46,044 nt of DNA, from the NCBI GenBank assembly GCA_050253335.1, contig JBFWJG010000010.1, forward strand, positions 1-46,044, given 5' to 3'. Below are positions 38,167 to 46,044 of the stretch, in pieces; position 1 is the first letter of the stretch, and every line of letters begins with the position of its first letter. The notes beneath the pieces were generated by a model. It was not told the origin of the DNA. It worked only from the letters and a program-made list of their open reading frames with translations, and did no database searches. The stretch is from Deferribacterales bacterium. GTDB lineage: Bacteria > Chrysiogenota > Deferribacteres > Deferribacterales > Geovibrionaceae. Position numbers and translations under genes: made by a program.

Positions 38167-38867
38167 TAAAAAAAATTCTCATAAACACAGCTATCTTTCT
38201 CGGGTGCAGCGCCGTATTCACGCTTTTCTTCTTTCCTTACGGAAAGGTTCTTGAATACTACGCTGAAACAGCGGCGGCAAAAGCGAATGTCAGCCTCTCC
38301 ATAGGCAAGACAGAGGCAGGCCCTTTCGGCGCCGAGCTTTCTTCCATAAAACTCAGCGAATTCACCGCTGACAAGCTTGAACTGTCCTACTCGCCTCTTT
38401 CCGTAATCACACGCAGTGCGGCAGCCAGAATAGAATCTGAGATTGTCACAGCGGAAGCAGATCACAAGGGCGGGGAAATCAGCGCAAAAGCCCTGATAGA
38501 GCTTGATAAGATACCGCAGATCGCAGAAAGCGGCCTCGGCGGAGAGGTCGGGTTCAGCATCTCTGTTAAAGACTGGAAAGGAAAAGGCACAGTCTCATCC
38601 CCCAGACTGACCATTCCTTCGGATCTGGGGCCTGTCACGTTTAATGACATAACAGGGGATATCCTGATAGAAAAACAGATGATCGGCATAACCAACCTGC
38701 AGTCGCAGGGAGCCGCAAAAATAAACCTGAACGGAAATATAAGAATAAATCAGGTGAATGCAGGAAAAAGCGTTCTGGCGCTCACAGGGACTGTCGGGGT
38801 AGCCGGAATGAACAAAAAAATCACCATTACAGGCACAGTTCTCGAACCCAGAATAACTCTTAACTAA
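38163..38867 (+). CDS. gspN: Type II secretion protein N (putative)
   Basis: TM ending FFPY, beta-rich body; last gene of the operon. Confidence 0.72.
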   Translation: MIKKILINTAIFLGCSAVFTLFFFPYGKVLEYYAETAAAKANVSLSIGKTEAGPFGAELSSIKLSEFTADKLELSYSPLSVITRSAAARIESEIVTAEADHKGGEISAKALIELDKIPQIAESGLGGEVGFSISVKDWKGKGTVSSPRLTIPSDLGPVTFNDITGDILIEKQMIGITNLQSQGAAKINLNGNIRINQVNAGKSVLALTGTVGVAGMNKKITITGTVLEPRITLN

Positions 38868-40287
38868 TCAGTGTTCCCCGCAGGAACCGAGACGGGTTCC
38901 TGCTCTTTTTTATCACCTTCTGTTTCTGGCATGAAAAAATAATAAACTCCTCCGTCATGCTCTCTTTTCAGCATGATGTGAGTTTCAGACGAGTTAACCT
39001 CTTCCGCAAAATCAAGAAAAACATTCCCTTCATCATCAGTAATTCTGCCGCGGCGGAGCTCTTTCGGAACACAACCGTCAGGGAAGTCCTTCATTTCAAG
39101 GGTCACGCTGTTCTCCGTGCAGTATTTCCTGCCGTCAAAATCAGTGTAGCAGACCCTTCCGCCTGAAGAGCAGAACTTGAGTTCATCACGGTTTATGAAG
39201 ATCTCTTTGTTAAATGAATCCTCCGTTGAGTGCGCCGTCAGTGCGCCGTCTTCAAGGTGCAGGGTGAAGCCGTCTGCAACTGCGGCTTTTTCAGAAGGCA
39301 GACCGGCATAAATGTCCGCCCGCAGGAATTTCCCCCCGCAGTAAGCATCGGCACTTCCGGAAACTGTCACGCAGTCGGTCATATTATCCGCAGGAAAATC
39401 CAAAATCTCAGGCGCACCGCCTTTGTTGACCTCCTGATAGTTTATGCTGTAGAACCTGTCCCTTCCGTATCCGTTGAGCCTTCCCCCCGATATATACGGC
39501 GACGAGAAGTCCACAGGCAGGGGGCTGAGTCCGGTGAAGCGTCTCTGGTTGAAATCTAGGGTGACAAGCTTCTCGTCCAGAATGAACACAGCGAAACCAT
39601 CATCAAGAAAAACATCCTCTATATTCTCTTTAAGCTGGCCGGAGATCACCTCCTCAGTGGAATCTATACGGTAAACCCTGAATGACTTGCCTTCAGCAAA
39701 GGCAAAATAAGGCGGAAAAAAAGCAGGTCTGCCGGGTTTATTATTGGTTCCCGTAACCTCTGCGCAGGAGGAGAGGCTGAAAATGCTTATGCCTTTTTCA
39801 TTCTCAGCGAGAAGAAAACCGCCCTTGAGCTTTATGGAGGTGAAATTATCAGAGAGAAGAGAGGGGCATTCTGAGGAGGATATATTTATGGAAGTATCTG
39901 TAAGAACTGCAAGAAGCCCGTCTTCATAGACAAAGTCCCTTACGTTCTGCGCGATTACCCTAGATGTTTTTTTTTATCGAAGCTGATAAGCGAGCCGAGA
40001 AGCAGACCGCTCTCGGGCATTGCCGCCTCAAACTCCGCTGTGCTGTCTGATGCGTGAAGCTCCGTTTTGAGCTCCTGAATGTAGCTGCTGCCTGTGAAGA
40101 GATTTTTCTGGGTTACAACAGCCTGCTGAACGGGTGCGGCGGTTGTGCAGGAGATGACAAGTACCAGTGAGGGGATGACCAGTCTCAGGAATCTGATTAT
40201 CCAGCCGGGGCAGCTTAGTTTCGAAAATACTTCCGTTTCCAGTGCCTTACGTTCATCAAAAGTGAGTTCGCAGTCTCTTCTTTCCAC
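38864..40287 (-). pseudogene. Putative lipoprotein gene interrupted by a frameshift at an A9 tract (39967-39975); ~474 aa if A10
   Basis: The upstream ORF (LVISC lipobox-like) stops 4 codons after GAT-A9. The -1 frame is open from the tract through the 38864..39649 ORF. Confidence 0.75.
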
Positions 40288-40317
40288 CTAAAATCCCCCG
40301 GACGCGCATTAACGCCG

Positions 40318-41178
40318 TCAGAAGCCGAGGTACTTCACCTCTTCTTCAAGCTGAACGCCCGTTTCTTTCAAAACAATTAACTTAACTTCTTCAATCAGGT
40401 TCTTAATATCTGACCCGGTAGCACCGCCAGCATTAACAATAAAATTGGCGTGCTTCTCGGAAACCATGGCTCCGCCGATGCGTTTTCCCTTTAAACCGCA
40501 CCGTTCGATGAGCTCTCCGGCGTAATGACCTTCGGGACGCTTGAAAACCGAACCGCATGAGGGATATTCCAAAGGCTGCTTCTGCAACCTTTTGCGGAGA
40601 ATCTCCTTCCTGATGCGCTCGCTTTCCGTCCTGTCCCCTTCTTCAAAGAGGAATTTCCCGCCGAGAACTATGCTGCCGCCCACTGCCGCGGTTCTGCGGT
40701 ATGAGAAACCGGCGTCAGCACCCTTCACTGTGAAAACCGAACCGTCAGAACCGAGGAGATCTATCTCGTCAGTTAACATACCGATTTCGGTTCCAAATGC
40801 ACCTGCGTTCATTGCAAGGGCACCGCCCACAGTGCCGGGAATACCGCTCATATTCTCGGCTCCGGTCATGTAAGATCTTATCGTATAAACGATCATTGAG
40901 TCAAGAAGAACTCCTGCCCCTGCATAAATTTTCTTATGTTTCTTTAAAATGTGCCGATTAAGATTACTGAGAACTATTACAAGATGATCCAAAATTTGAT
41001 CTGAGATCAACAGGTTACAGCCGCCGCCCATTATAAAATGTTCAACAGACTTTTTTTTCGCCCAATCAAGACATTCAACTAATTCTTCCGTTGTGGACGG
41101 TTCGGCAAGAAATTTTGCCGTCCCTCCGGTGCGGTAGCTTGTGTAATTTTTAAGTGATACGTTTTCACGGATTCTCAT
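40318..41178 (-). CDS. murB: UDP-N-acetylenolpyruvoylglucosamine reductase
   Basis: GGGCNLL, GIPGTVGGALAMNAGAFG, QPLEYPSCGSVFKRP, VSEKHANF. Confidence 0.96.
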   Translation of the reverse strand: MRIRENVSLKNYTSYRTGGTAKFLAEPSTTEELVECLDWAKKKSVEHFIMGGGCNLLISDQILDHLVIVLSNLNRHILKKHKKIYAGAGVLLDSMIVYTIRSYMTGAENMSGIPGTVGGALAMNAGAFGTEIGMLTDEIDLLGSDGSVFTVKGADAGFSYRRTAAVGGSIVLGGKFLFEEGDRTESERIRKEILRKRLQKQPLEYPSCGSVFKRPEGHYAGELIERCGLKGKRIGGAMVSEKHANFIVNAGGATGSDIKNLIEEVKLIVLKETGVQLEEEVKYLGF

Positions 41179-41960
41179 TTGCTGATCTTTGTTCCTTCAA
41201 GGGCATCTTTGCAGAAGCATTTTCTGTTCACTGTGTATGAATCGGGCAGAGCGCTTACGATCGCCTTGATCCTCTCTGTCGCTCCCTTCATGGTTTCCAC
41301 CACTTCCACAGTGGTTAACTTGGAATCTGATGTGCCTGCGGCGTAATTGGTGATAATGCTCACATTGGCGTAGCATATCTCTTTCTCACGCGCCAGAGGA
41401 GCTTCCGGAAAGAGAGTCATCCCCACCGTGTCCCCGCCTATGGAAGCAAAATATTTTATCTCCGCCGCCGTTTCAAGTCTGGGGCCGTTGGTGCAGACAT
41501 ACACGCCGCTGTCTTTCACCTCAACCCCTGCCCTCTGCGCACTTTCGGTAAGCAGCACTCTGAGCTCAGGACAGAAGGGCTCTGTGAAATCTATGTGGTG
41601 GATAAGACCGCCGTCATAGAAGGTATGTGCCCGTCCTGATGTCATGTCTACAGCATTTGAGGATATTACTATATCGCCGGGCTTCACGCTCTTTATTCCG
41701 CCGACCGCGGTGAAGGAGACAATGCGCTCCACGCCCAGCTTCTCAAATCCCGCTATGTTTGCCCTGTAGTTTACGCTGTGGGGCGGAATGCCGTGACTGC
41801 GACCGTGTCTGTTGAGGAAATAAAAGTCAACGCCCTTGTAGCTGAAATGCCTGTACGCATCGGAAGGAGCGCCCCACTCAGTTTCCACTGATTCCTCGCC
41901 GACAAACTCAAAACCTTCTATGTCGTAAAGTCCGCTTCCGCCTATTATGCCAAGTTTCAT
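41175..41960 (-). CDS. mtnP: S-methyl-5'-thioadenosine / purine nucleoside phosphorylase
   Basis: GIIGGSG, RHG..H..PP, NYRANI, GPRLETAAE, VGMT..PEA.LARE. Confidence 0.88.
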   Translation of the reverse strand: MKLGIIGGSGLYDIEGFEFVGEESVETEWGAPSDAYRHFSYKGVDFYFLNRHGRSHGIPPHSVNYRANIAGFEKLGVERIVSFTAVGGIKSVKPGDIVISSNAVDMTSGRAHTFYDGGLIHHIDFTEPFCPELRVLLTESAQRAGVEVKDSGVYVCTNGPRLETAAEIKYFASIGGDTVGMTLFPEAPLAREKEICYANVSIITNYAAGTSDSKLTTVEVVETMKGATERIKAIVSALPDSYTVNRKCFCKDALEGTKISK

Positions 41961-41990
41961 AATATACCCACTGTTCTGATAAGCCGATAC

Positions 41991-42647
41991 TCAGCTCTTT
42001 TCTATTCTGATAATCCTGTCGCAGGAGTTTGCTATTCCGTCTTCGTGGGTGACTATGAGGATTGTCACACCTTCATCGCGCATGAGGCGGATCATGTCCA
42101 GAACCTCATCGCTGTTTTTCTTGTCGAGGCTGCCTGTGGGTTCGTCAGCGAGAAGGATTTTCGGACTGTTCATCATAGCCCTTGCTATCGCCGTTCTCTG
42201 CTGTTCGCCTCCGGAGAGCTCCGCGGGGAAGTGCGTGGTTCTGTTTTCCAGCCCGACCTTGGTGAGCAGTTCTTTTGCCCTTTTGGCCGCGTCCTGAATG
42301 TTCATTCCGCCTATGAGGGCGGGCATCATTACATTTTCCAGTGCGGTAAAATCTTCCAGCAGATAATGAAACTGGAACACAAAACCGACATCCTTATTCC
42401 TGAACTGGTCAACCGCCTTTCCTTTAAGTTTGAGGATGTCCTCGCCCTGAAACATTATGGAGCCTGAGTCAGGCTTATCCAGACCGCCGATTATGTGCAG
42501 AAGGGTCGATTTGCCTGCTCCTGATGGGCCGACTATGGCGAGCATTTCGCCTTTGCCCACGCTCATGTTGAAGCCGCTGAGAACATTCAGCCTGTAATCC
42601 CCTTTCAGGAAGCTTTTGTTAAGATCTATTATTTCGAGCAGACTCAT
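41991..42647 (-). CDS. lolD: Lipoprotein-releasing ABC transporter ATPase
   Basis: GPSGAGKST, GFVFQFHYLL (LolD motif), LSGGEQQR, LADEPTG. Confidence 0.92.
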   Translation of the reverse strand: MSLLEIIDLNKSFLKGDYRLNVLSGFNMSVGKGEMLAIVGPSGAGKSTLLHIIGGLDKPDSGSIMFQGEDILKLKGKAVDQFRNKDVGFVFQFHYLLEDFTALENVMMPALIGGMNIQDAAKRAKELLTKVGLENRTTHFPAELSGGEQQRTAIARAMMNSPKILLADEPTGSLDKKNSDEVLDMIRLMRDEGVTILIVTHEDGIANSCDRIIRIEKS

Positions 42648-43874
42648 CTAATCACGCCTCAATGCTTCTATGGGGTCGAGCTTGGCCGACTGTCTGGCGG
42701 GAAACAGACCCGCAACATATGTGATAACCAGTGCGCAGACCGTAACCACTATGAACACCGAGGGCTCTATCTTCACGGGGATTCTGTCCATGAAGTAAAC
42801 ATCCTCCGGCAGGCTTATTAGCTTGTAGTTTTTCAGCACGAAGCAGGCTGTGTAGCCGATAACGTTGCCGAGCGCCGTCCCCACAAAGCCCACCACAAGA
42901 CCCTGACGGATGAAGATGCGGTATATGCTTTTTTCGGGTGCGCCCATGGCTCTGAGTATGGCTATGTCGCGCTTTTTATCCTTGACCGATACCGTGATCA
43001 TGCTCACCACATTGAACGAGGCGACTATGATTATCAGCGTGAGGATGATGAACATGGCTATTTTTTCCAGCTTGAGGGCTGAAAAAAGACTGCCGTTCAT
43101 GCTTATCCAGTCCCTTGACCAGTAAGGAAAGCCGAGTTCCTCTTCTATCTTTTTTGCGAGGGGGATTGCGTTTGCGAAGCTGTCCGCCTTGACGCTGAAG
43201 CCAGAGACAACATCAGTCATCCCGAAGAATTCCTGCGCCGCCTCAAGGGATATGTAGCCGAGGGAGGAGTTGTACTCATACATCCCCATGTCAAACCAAC
43301 CGGCGACCTCAAAATGCTTCATCTTGGGAACCATGCCGAAGGGGCCTTTGCGCCCGAAGGGAGAGACCATGACCACATCATCACCGGCATTGACCGCCAG
43401 CGAATGGGCTAGTTCCTTTCCGAGAACAATCTTCGGTTTCTCGCCCTTGTCAGCTATATCCAGAAACTCGCCGTCCTTCATAAACTTCTCAATGGAGGTA
43501 ACGCCGAGCTCTTTTTCAGGGATAACGCCTCGGATGATAACTCCGCTGACATTGTTCTGGCTTGTGACCAGAACCTGACTGAGGACAAACGGCGAGACCC
43601 CCGCTACCTTGTCCGTCACGCGGATTTTTGCGTCAACAAGCTGCCAGTCGCTGATGGGAGCGGCATCCAGACGGTTTACGATTATATGCGCGTTTGCGCC
43701 GAGGATCTTGTTCTGGAGATTGTCGGAGAAGCCGATCATCACGTTCAGAACAATTATAAGAGTCGCCACCCCCACCATTATGCCGATTACGGAAATGGTG
43801 GAGATGAACGAAAATATACGGTTTTTCCTGCGGGAGCGCAGATAGCGCGTGGCTATCAGATTCTCCGTTTTCAT
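42648..43874 (-). CDS. lolC: Lipoprotein-releasing ABC transporter permease (LolC/E/F)
   Basis: IA.RYLRS, MacB-PCD plus FtsX domains, IAILRAMG, LDPIEALR. Confidence 0.9.
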   Translation of the reverse strand: MKTENLIATRYLRSRRKNRIFSFISTISVIGIMVGVATLIIVLNVMIGFSDNLQNKILGANAHIIVNRLDAAPISDWQLVDAKIRVTDKVAGVSPFVLSQVLVTSQNNVSGVIIRGVIPEKELGVTSIEKFMKDGEFLDIADKGEKPKIVLGKELAHSLAVNAGDDVVMVSPFGRKGPFGMVPKMKHFEVAGWFDMGMYEYNSSLGYISLEAAQEFFGMTDVVSGFSVKADSFANAIPLAKKIEEELGFPYWSRDWISMNGSLFSALKLEKIAMFIILTLIIIVASFNVVSMITVSVKDKKRDIAILRAMGAPEKSIYRIFIRQGLVVGFVGTALGNVIGYTACFVLKNYKLISLPEDVYFMDRIPVKIEPSVFIVVTVCALVITYVAGLFPARQSAKLDPIEALRRD

Positions 43875-43875
43875 A

Positions 43876-45426
43876 TTACTCCCATTCGATTGTCGCGGGC
43901 GGTTTGGAGCTTATGTCATAGACGACACGGTTAATGCCCCTTACCTCGTTTATTATGCGGTTGGAAATTTTGCCCAGCACATCATAGGGGATGTGTGCCC
44001 AGTCCGCCGTCATGCCGTCTGAGCTGTAGACAGCCCTGATTGCGCAGGCGTTTTCATATGTTCTGCCGTCGCCCATTACGCCCACGGTATTTACAGGGAG
44101 CAGAACGGCGAAGGCCTGCCATATGGTGTTGTAAAGGTTAGCGTTGTGAAGCTCCTCGATAAAGATGGCGTCCGCCTGACGGAGAACATCGCACCTTTTC
44201 TTGGTGATCTCGCCCAGAACCCTAACGCCCAGACCGGGGCCGGGGAAAGGGTGACGGCCGACCATCACTTCCGGAAGACCGAGCTTGCGTCCGACATCCC
44301 TTACCTCATCCTTGAAGAGCTCACGGAGGGGTTCCACAAGCTGAAACTTCATATCATCCGGCAGACCGCCCACATTGTGGTGGGACTTGATTGTGGCGGA
44401 GGGGCCTTTGAAAGAGACGGATTCTATAACATCGGGGTACAGAGTGCCCTGCGCGAGGAAATCGAAATCGCCTATTTTTCTCGCCTCTTCCTCAAAAATG
44501 CGGATGAAGAGGTTGCCTATTGTCTTTCTTTTCTGCTCGGGATCGGTCACGCCCGCAAGGGCAGTGAGGAAGCGTTCCTCAGCGTCAGCCACCACGAGGT
44601 TTATCTTATAGTTTTCCCTGAATGTTTTTTCCACATACTCACGCTCATTGAGCCTGAGCAGACCGTTGTCAACAAAAACGCAGACGAGGTTATCGCCTAT
44701 TGCCTCATGGAGAAGAACGGCAACAACGGAGGAATCCACACCGCCGGAAAGACCGCAGAGAACCTTTCTGTTCCCCACTTTTTCACGGATGCGTTCAATC
44801 TCCGCCTGAATAAAGTTTTCCGTTGTCCAGATCTGTCTGCATCCGCAGATGCCCACAACGAAGTTCTCAAGGATAGTTTTGCCCTGCTCAGTGTGGGTGA
44901 CTTCGGGGTGAAACTGTATTGCGTATATTTCACGGCTGTGATGCTTCATGGCGGCGGCGGGAGCATTGTCCGTTTTTGCCACTATGTCAAAGTTTTCGGG
45001 CATTTTCTCAAGCCTGTCGCCGTGGCTCATCCATACGGTAAGCGTCCCGTTTCCTTCAAGCCCCTTGAAGAGCCTGCATGAAGGCTCATAGCTGAGAACC
45101 GCCCTGCCGTATTCCCTGTGGTTTGAGGGAGCGACAACGCCGCCGAAATGCTGTCCGGCAAGCTGCATACCGTAGCAGATGCCCAGAACGGGAAGCCCCA
45201 TCTCAAAAACACGCTCATCAACTCTGGGCGCGTCTTCTTCATAAACGCTGGAAGGGCCGCCGGAAAGGATTATGCCTTTCGCCTCGAATGCCTTTATCTT
45301 CTCAAAATCCGCGTTGCAGGGGAAAATTTCGCAGTAGACATTCGCCTCGCGCACCCTGCGTGCGATAAGCTGGGTATATTGTGAGCCGAAGTCTAGTATC
45401 AGTACCTTTTCCGAGTGAATGTCCAT
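43876..45426 (-). CDS. guaA: GMP synthase (glutamine-hydrolysing)
   Basis: [43 protein letters not shown]. Confidence 0.98.
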   Translation of the reverse strand: MDIHSEKVLILDFGSQYTQLIARRVREANVYCEIFPCNADFEKIKAFEAKGIILSGGPSSVYEEDAPRVDERVFEMGLPVLGICYGMQLAGQHFGGVVAPSNHREYGRAVLSYEPSCRLFKGLEGNGTLTVWMSHGDRLEKMPENFDIVAKTDNAPAAAMKHHSREIYAIQFHPEVTHTEQGKTILENFVVGICGCRQIWTTENFIQAEIERIREKVGNRKVLCGLSGGVDSSVVAVLLHEAIGDNLVCVFVDNGLLRLNEREYVEKTFRENYKINLVVADAEERFLTALAGVTDPEQKRKTIGNLFIRIFEEEARKIGDFDFLAQGTLYPDVIESVSFKGPSATIKSHHNVGGLPDDMKFQLVEPLRELFKDEVRDVGRKLGLPEVMVGRHPFPGPGLGVRVLGEITKKRCDVLRQADAIFIEELHNANLYNTIWQAFAVLLPVNTVGVMGDGRTYENACAIRAVYSSDGMTADWAHIPYDVLGKISNRIINEVRGINRVVYDISSKPPATIEWE

Positions 45427-45486
45427 CGGTTACAAAACTCCTTTTTATAATATTCAGTGAGTTTAAGTGCTAAGATGCACACCTGA

Positions 45487-45555
45487 GCGTCATCCTGAAC
45501 GCAGTGAAGGATCTCAGGTGCTCAGGGATTCTTCGGCTTTGCCTCAGAATGACGC
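45487..45555. repeat. Palindromic REP-like element, type A, copy 1
   Basis: GCGTCATCCTGAACGCAGTGAAGGATCT...GGATTCTTCGGCTTTGCCTCAGAATGACGC branched palindrome. Confidence 0.8.
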
Positions 45556-45622
45556 ATCACAGCTTATTTAAGTGTTCACCCAGTAGTTGGGTGCTTACTT
45601 TGTTAGTTGACTGTCACGGAAA

Positions 45623-45690
45623 CGTCATCCTGAACGCAGTGAAGGATCTCAAATGCTCAGGGATTCTTCGGCTTTGCCTAAGAATGACGC
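45623..45690. repeat. Palindromic REP-like element, type A, copy 2
   Basis: Near-identical to 45487-45555. Confidence 0.8.
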
Positions 45691-45751
45691 ATCACAGCTT
45701 ATTTAAGTATTCACCCAGTAATTGGGTGCTTCCTTCGTGAGCTGACTCTCA

Positions 45752-45845
45752 ATCACAAACCGCACATCCTGTCGGTTTGTGATACACGCTCGCGGGCGGA
45801 TAAACCGCCCTTCGCTACGCACGGCGGGCTCCCGTCATGGGAGCC
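45752..45845. mobile_element. Structured non-coding element, type B, copy 4
   Basis: Core at 45784. Flanks ATCACAAACCG-CACATCCTGT-CGGTTTGTGAT and GGCTCCC-GTCAT-GGGAGCC. Confidence 0.7.
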
Positions 45846-45902
45846 TTTATAATTTAAGTATTCACCCAGTAATTGGGTGCTTCCTTCGTGATCCGACTGT
45901 CA

Positions 45903-45996
45903 ATCACAAACCGCACATCCTGTCGGTTTGTGATACACGCTCGCGGGCGGATAAACCGCCCTTCGCTACGCACGGCGGGCTCCCGTCATGGGAGCC
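45903..45996. mobile_element. Structured non-coding element, type B, copy 5
   Basis: Identical to 45752-45845. Confidence 0.7.
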
Positions 45997-46004
45997 TTTA
46001 TAAT

Positions 46005-46044
46005 TTAAGTATTCACCCAGTAATTGGGTGCTTCCTTCGTGATC
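46005..46044 (-). CDS. guaB: Probable 3' end of IMP dehydrogenase (or one more copy of its tail)
   Basis: ATC ACG AAG GAA GCA CCC AAT TAC TGG GTG AAT ACT TAA = ITKEAPNYWVNT*. This matches the conserved IMPDH C-terminal ITKEAPNY motif and lies upstream of guaA. The rest of the gene is outside the window. Confidence 0.6.
   Translation of the reverse strand, partial: ITKEAPNYWVNT

Larger units (their letters stand above)
45566..46044 (-). repeat. Four direct repeats (~51 bp) of the guaB-like 3' end at 45566, 45701, 45852 and 46003
   Basis: ATTTAAGTRTTCACCCAGTARTTGGGTGCTT...; the reverse complement encodes (I)TKEAPNYWVNT*. Periods are 135, 151 and 151 bp. Confidence 0.9.

Noticed and set aside
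43860..43900. Genomic island integrated at the guaA 3' end (a common att site)
   Set aside because: guaA abuts lolC directly, with no integrase or duplication.
44146..45081. 311-aa plus-strand ORF inside guaA
   Set aside because: Antisense shadow of a conserved gene.
45504..46003. Plus-strand ORFs 45504..45740 and 45779..46003; also 22937..23128
   Set aside because: Incidental open frames across the repeat elements.
45566..46044. CRISPR array
   Set aside because: The spacers are 84-100 bp, pairwise near-identical and self-structured. The repeat is a protein-coding tail, and there are no cas genes in the window.

Overview
A bacterial chromosomal segment. The giant flagellins and gene order suggest Deferribacterota (Geovibrio/Denitrovibrio-like); this is an inference and was not verified. 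From left to right it holds: an AEC transporter, yggU, argC and argJ; a flagellin glycosylation island (flaG, two ~1030-aa flagellins, maf, and a pseudaminic acid pathway with a formyltransferase in place of PseH); lepA-lepB-orf-pyrH-frr-uppS-cdsA-dxr-rseP; a type II secretion locus (gspC-N) with a CPBP intramembrane protease; a lipoprotein-like gene split at an A9 tract; murB, mtnP, lolD, lolC/E and guaA; and a guaB-like 3' tail at the right edge. The most unusual signal is non-coding. A family of ~95-bp structured elements (5 copies at 3 loci) has a conserved 43-bp core and flanking hairpins that covary and carry ANGGA (CsrA-type) loops. The elements sit at termini of housekeeping genes next to direct duplications of the gene end: the argJ RBS plus first 10 codons x3, the guaB ITKEAPNYWVNT* tail x4, and possibly a degenerate uppS tail. 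No transposase or integrase is present in the window. Also notable are a perfect sigma28 promoter followed by an intrinsic terminator inside the flagellin leader, and an unannotated 55-aa DUF2292-like gene.
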